Origin: Lama glama
Taxonomy: Eukaryota
Direction of reading: 5' to 3'
DNA length: 64,000 nucleotides
NCBI GenBank assembly: GCA_028534125.1
Contig: CM052816.1
Span: 35,032,001-35,096,000, forward strand
The stretch's first letter is position 1, and the number at the start of each line of letters is the position of its first letter. Position numbers and translations under genes: made by a program. A model generated the notes under the pieces. That model saw only the letters and a program-made list of their open reading frames with translations. It was not told the DNA's origin and ran no database searches. Below, piece after piece: positions 61,824-64,000 of the stretch.

Positions 61824-62239
61824 GTGAAGTAAGCCAAAAAGAAAAAGAAAAATACCATATGAGATCACTCATATGTGGAATCTGAAAAAAAAAAAAAGAA
61901 CATAAATACAAAACAGAAATAGACTCACAGACGTAGAATATAAACTTGTGGTTGCCAAGGGGGCAGGGGGTGGGAAGGGACAGACTGGGATTTCAAAATT
62001 TGTAGATACTGACAGGCATATGCAGAATAGATAAACAAGATTATACTGTATAGTACAGGGAAATATATATAAGATCTTGTGGTAGCTCACAGTGAAAAAC
62101 AAAATGTGACAATGAATATATGTATAGTTCATGTATAACTGAAAAATTGAGCTCTGCATTGGAATCTGACACAACATTGTAGAATGACTATAACTCAATT
62201 TAAAAAATGTAAAAAAAGATAAATAAAATAAAAATTTTA
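61824..62239 (+). mobile_element. Young L1 3' end (subfamily B) nested in old L1
   Basis: Exact 15-bp TSD aaaaagatccacaga at 61809-61823 and 62240-62254. The body is homologous to 47500-47890. Confidence 0.93.
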
Positions 62240-63200
62240 AAAAAGATCCACAGAAAATAAAGAAATAGAACTATACATAAATATATAAAAAATGAAGGTA
62301 AAGTCAGGAGAGAAAGGATGCTGGAATAACTGGATATTCATATGCCAAAAATAAGAACTTCAAACCATTACTCTCCTTTAAAAATTAACTTGAAATGTCA
62401 TAGACTCAACTATAAATTCTAAAACTATAAATATTATAGAAGTAAACATAGAAAATCTTTGTGATCTTGGATTTGAACTATAAAAGAATAATTTAAACTT
62501 CAAAGTTAAAAACTTCTGCTCTTCAAAAGATACTGTTAAGAAAATGAAAAGGTAAGTCAGGCTGAGAGAAAATATTTGAAAATTATATGTCTGATAAAGG
62601 ACTTGTATCCAGAATATATAAAGAACCAAGACTCACAAGAAAACAACCCAATTTTTAAAATGGGCAGGTGAATTTATGAATGGCAAATTAGCACATGACA
62701 TCATTCGTCAGTTGGGAAATGCAAATTAAAACCACAGTGAAACACTTTCTACACTTTGCAGTAGCCCCAAACAGGAAACAATCCGAAAGTCTTTTCAGGG
62801 CTGATAACAAGTGTGATATATTCATATGATATAATTCTACTCAGCAATAAAAAAAATAAACTACTGATAAACATTACAACATGGATGAATCTCAAAATTA
62901 CACTGAATCAAACAAACTAGACCAAAAAAAAAGAGGGGGGTAATACAGACTGTATGACTCCATTTATGTAAACTTCTAAGAAATGTAAACTAATGTACAG
63001 TGACAGAAAGCAGATAAGGGGTTGACTGGAACAAGGGGGAGAGAAGGGTGGGAGGGAGGGACTAAAAAGAGGCATAAGGAAAATTGGGGGATGATAGATG
63101 TGTTCATTACTTTGACTGTGGTGGTTTCACAAGTGTTTACATATGTCAGTACAATAAAGTATACATATACAAAGTATACATCAATTATACATCAGTTTTC

Positions 63201-63640
63201 AAAAAGATGGACAAATTATGGTTATTAAAAATTAGTTATTTGACAGACATTCTATCAAAATTGAGTGAAGTAAGCCTGGCACTTGAAGGAAAAAACAGTT
63301 TTTGTTGCCAGTGACAAAATCCAAGCTTTCAAATAAAAGTTACAACTTTGGAAAACACATACTGGCCACCATCACCACTTTTAACTACTTTTCCAGGGAC
63401 ATCAGCAGTGACATTAATGAACATGAACTTTTGATACTGTATAATGAATTATGTCACTATTTAGAAGATAGTGATAGGATATAACCTGGTCACTAGACAT
63501 TTTCCAAATAAGAAATGACAAAGCATGATGCTACAAATCATGGATTCATCATACAAGTTCAACCAATGGAATTAACGTAACAGTATGAAAAGTCAGTGTG
63601 GTTTCAGAGTCCACACTGCAACTAATCTTCAAGAAAAGTT
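63201..63640 (+). mobile_element. Charlie1-like hAT transposase fragment (decayed)
   Basis: Peptide DKLWLLKISYLTDILSKLSEVSLALEGK (ORF 63084-63314) resembles the hAT YLxDIFxxxNxxxxxLQG block. It is followed by gacaaaatccaagctttcaaataaaagttacaactttggaaa, with stops and frameshifts. Confidence 0.75.
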
Positions 63641-63652
63641 AGCAAAGTCTAC

Positions 63653-64000
63653 TGTGGTAGGCAGAATTTGAAGACAGCCTCTCCAAAATGTCCACCCTGA
63701 CCCCTGGAACATGTGAACATGATGAGATATCAGTTCCGTAATTATGTCTGTCACATGGCACAGCTGCCCTAGAGAAAGGGTGATTATCCAGGTGAGCCTG
63801 ATTCAATTATGAGCCCTTTCAAAAAAGCATAGAGTACTCTCCCAGCTTTTTTGAGAAACAAAACAGAACAACAATAACAAAAGAAGTAGAGAAATTCAAG
63901 GAATTTGAATGATGTGACACCCTGGGTCTGAAGATGAAAGAATATAGGAAACCTTAAGGAGCTGGGAGATGCCCCTGGCTTATAGCAAGAAAGGAAACCT
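63653..64000 (+). mobile_element. MaLR LTR (MLT1D/E-like), truncated by the window end
   Basis: tgtggtaggcagaattt...cccctggaacatgtgaacatgatgagatatca...gattatccaggtgagcctga. Confidence 0.8.

Larger units (their letters stand above)
59755..63200. mobile_element. Old L1M: antisense segment ~59755-61385 and sense segment ~61400-63200, probably one 5'-inverted element
   Basis: Antisense peptides IHHDQVGFILG (ORF 59907-60161) and KTPGSDDFPSELYQTFK (ORF 60226-60411). The sense part runs from aaaagcatcataaaaaatcaaatac to a 3'UTR at ~63200. Confidence 0.75.
28443..64000 (-). other. FER: FER intron upstream of the exon (runs past the window end)
   Basis: Ends with a pyrimidine tract and AG at 28444-28443 on the minus strand. 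I did not find the preceding exon (..HPNIVKLIGVCTQ..MELV) in 28443-64000, though it cannot be excluded from the N gap. Confidence 0.75.

Noticed and set aside
63084..63484. Possible domesticated hAT/ZBED-like gene
   Set aside because: Short and frameshifted with stops, flanked by L1 and cut by a MaLR LTR; a decayed Charlie1-like fossil.
1..64000. A novel multi-gene or prokaryote-like system
   Set aside because: No long ORFs, operon structure, horizontally acquired segment or unexplained array was seen. The window is explained by one FER exon, intronic unique DNA and known classes of mammalian repeats.

Overview
AT-rich mammalian genomic DNA, most likely camelid (alpaca/camel), inferred from three Vic-1-like tRNA-derived SINEs. 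The only protein-coding sequence I can support is one 124-nt exon on the minus strand (28319-28442). It has canonical AG/GT ends and encodes (G)[40 protein letters not shown](R), part of the kinase domain of the non-receptor tyrosine kinase FER. The supplied ORF track misses it. I found no neighbouring FER exons, so the rest of the window is probably two long FER introns. These hold ancient repeats (MIR, L2, MER58A, Charlie, MADE2, ERVL/MaLR/ERV1 LTRs, old L1M) and at least two younger L1 subfamilies, several with visible target-site duplications (TSDs). The best structural observations are two 5'-inverted L1s, several nested insertions, a strong antisense bias of young L1s, a self-hairpinning decoy splice donor just downstream of the FER exon, a candidate poison exon, and a 100-N gap whose true size can be estimated. 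I see no evidence for a new multi-gene system. Repeat family names come from recalled consensus sequences and need RepeatMasker/Dfam confirmation.
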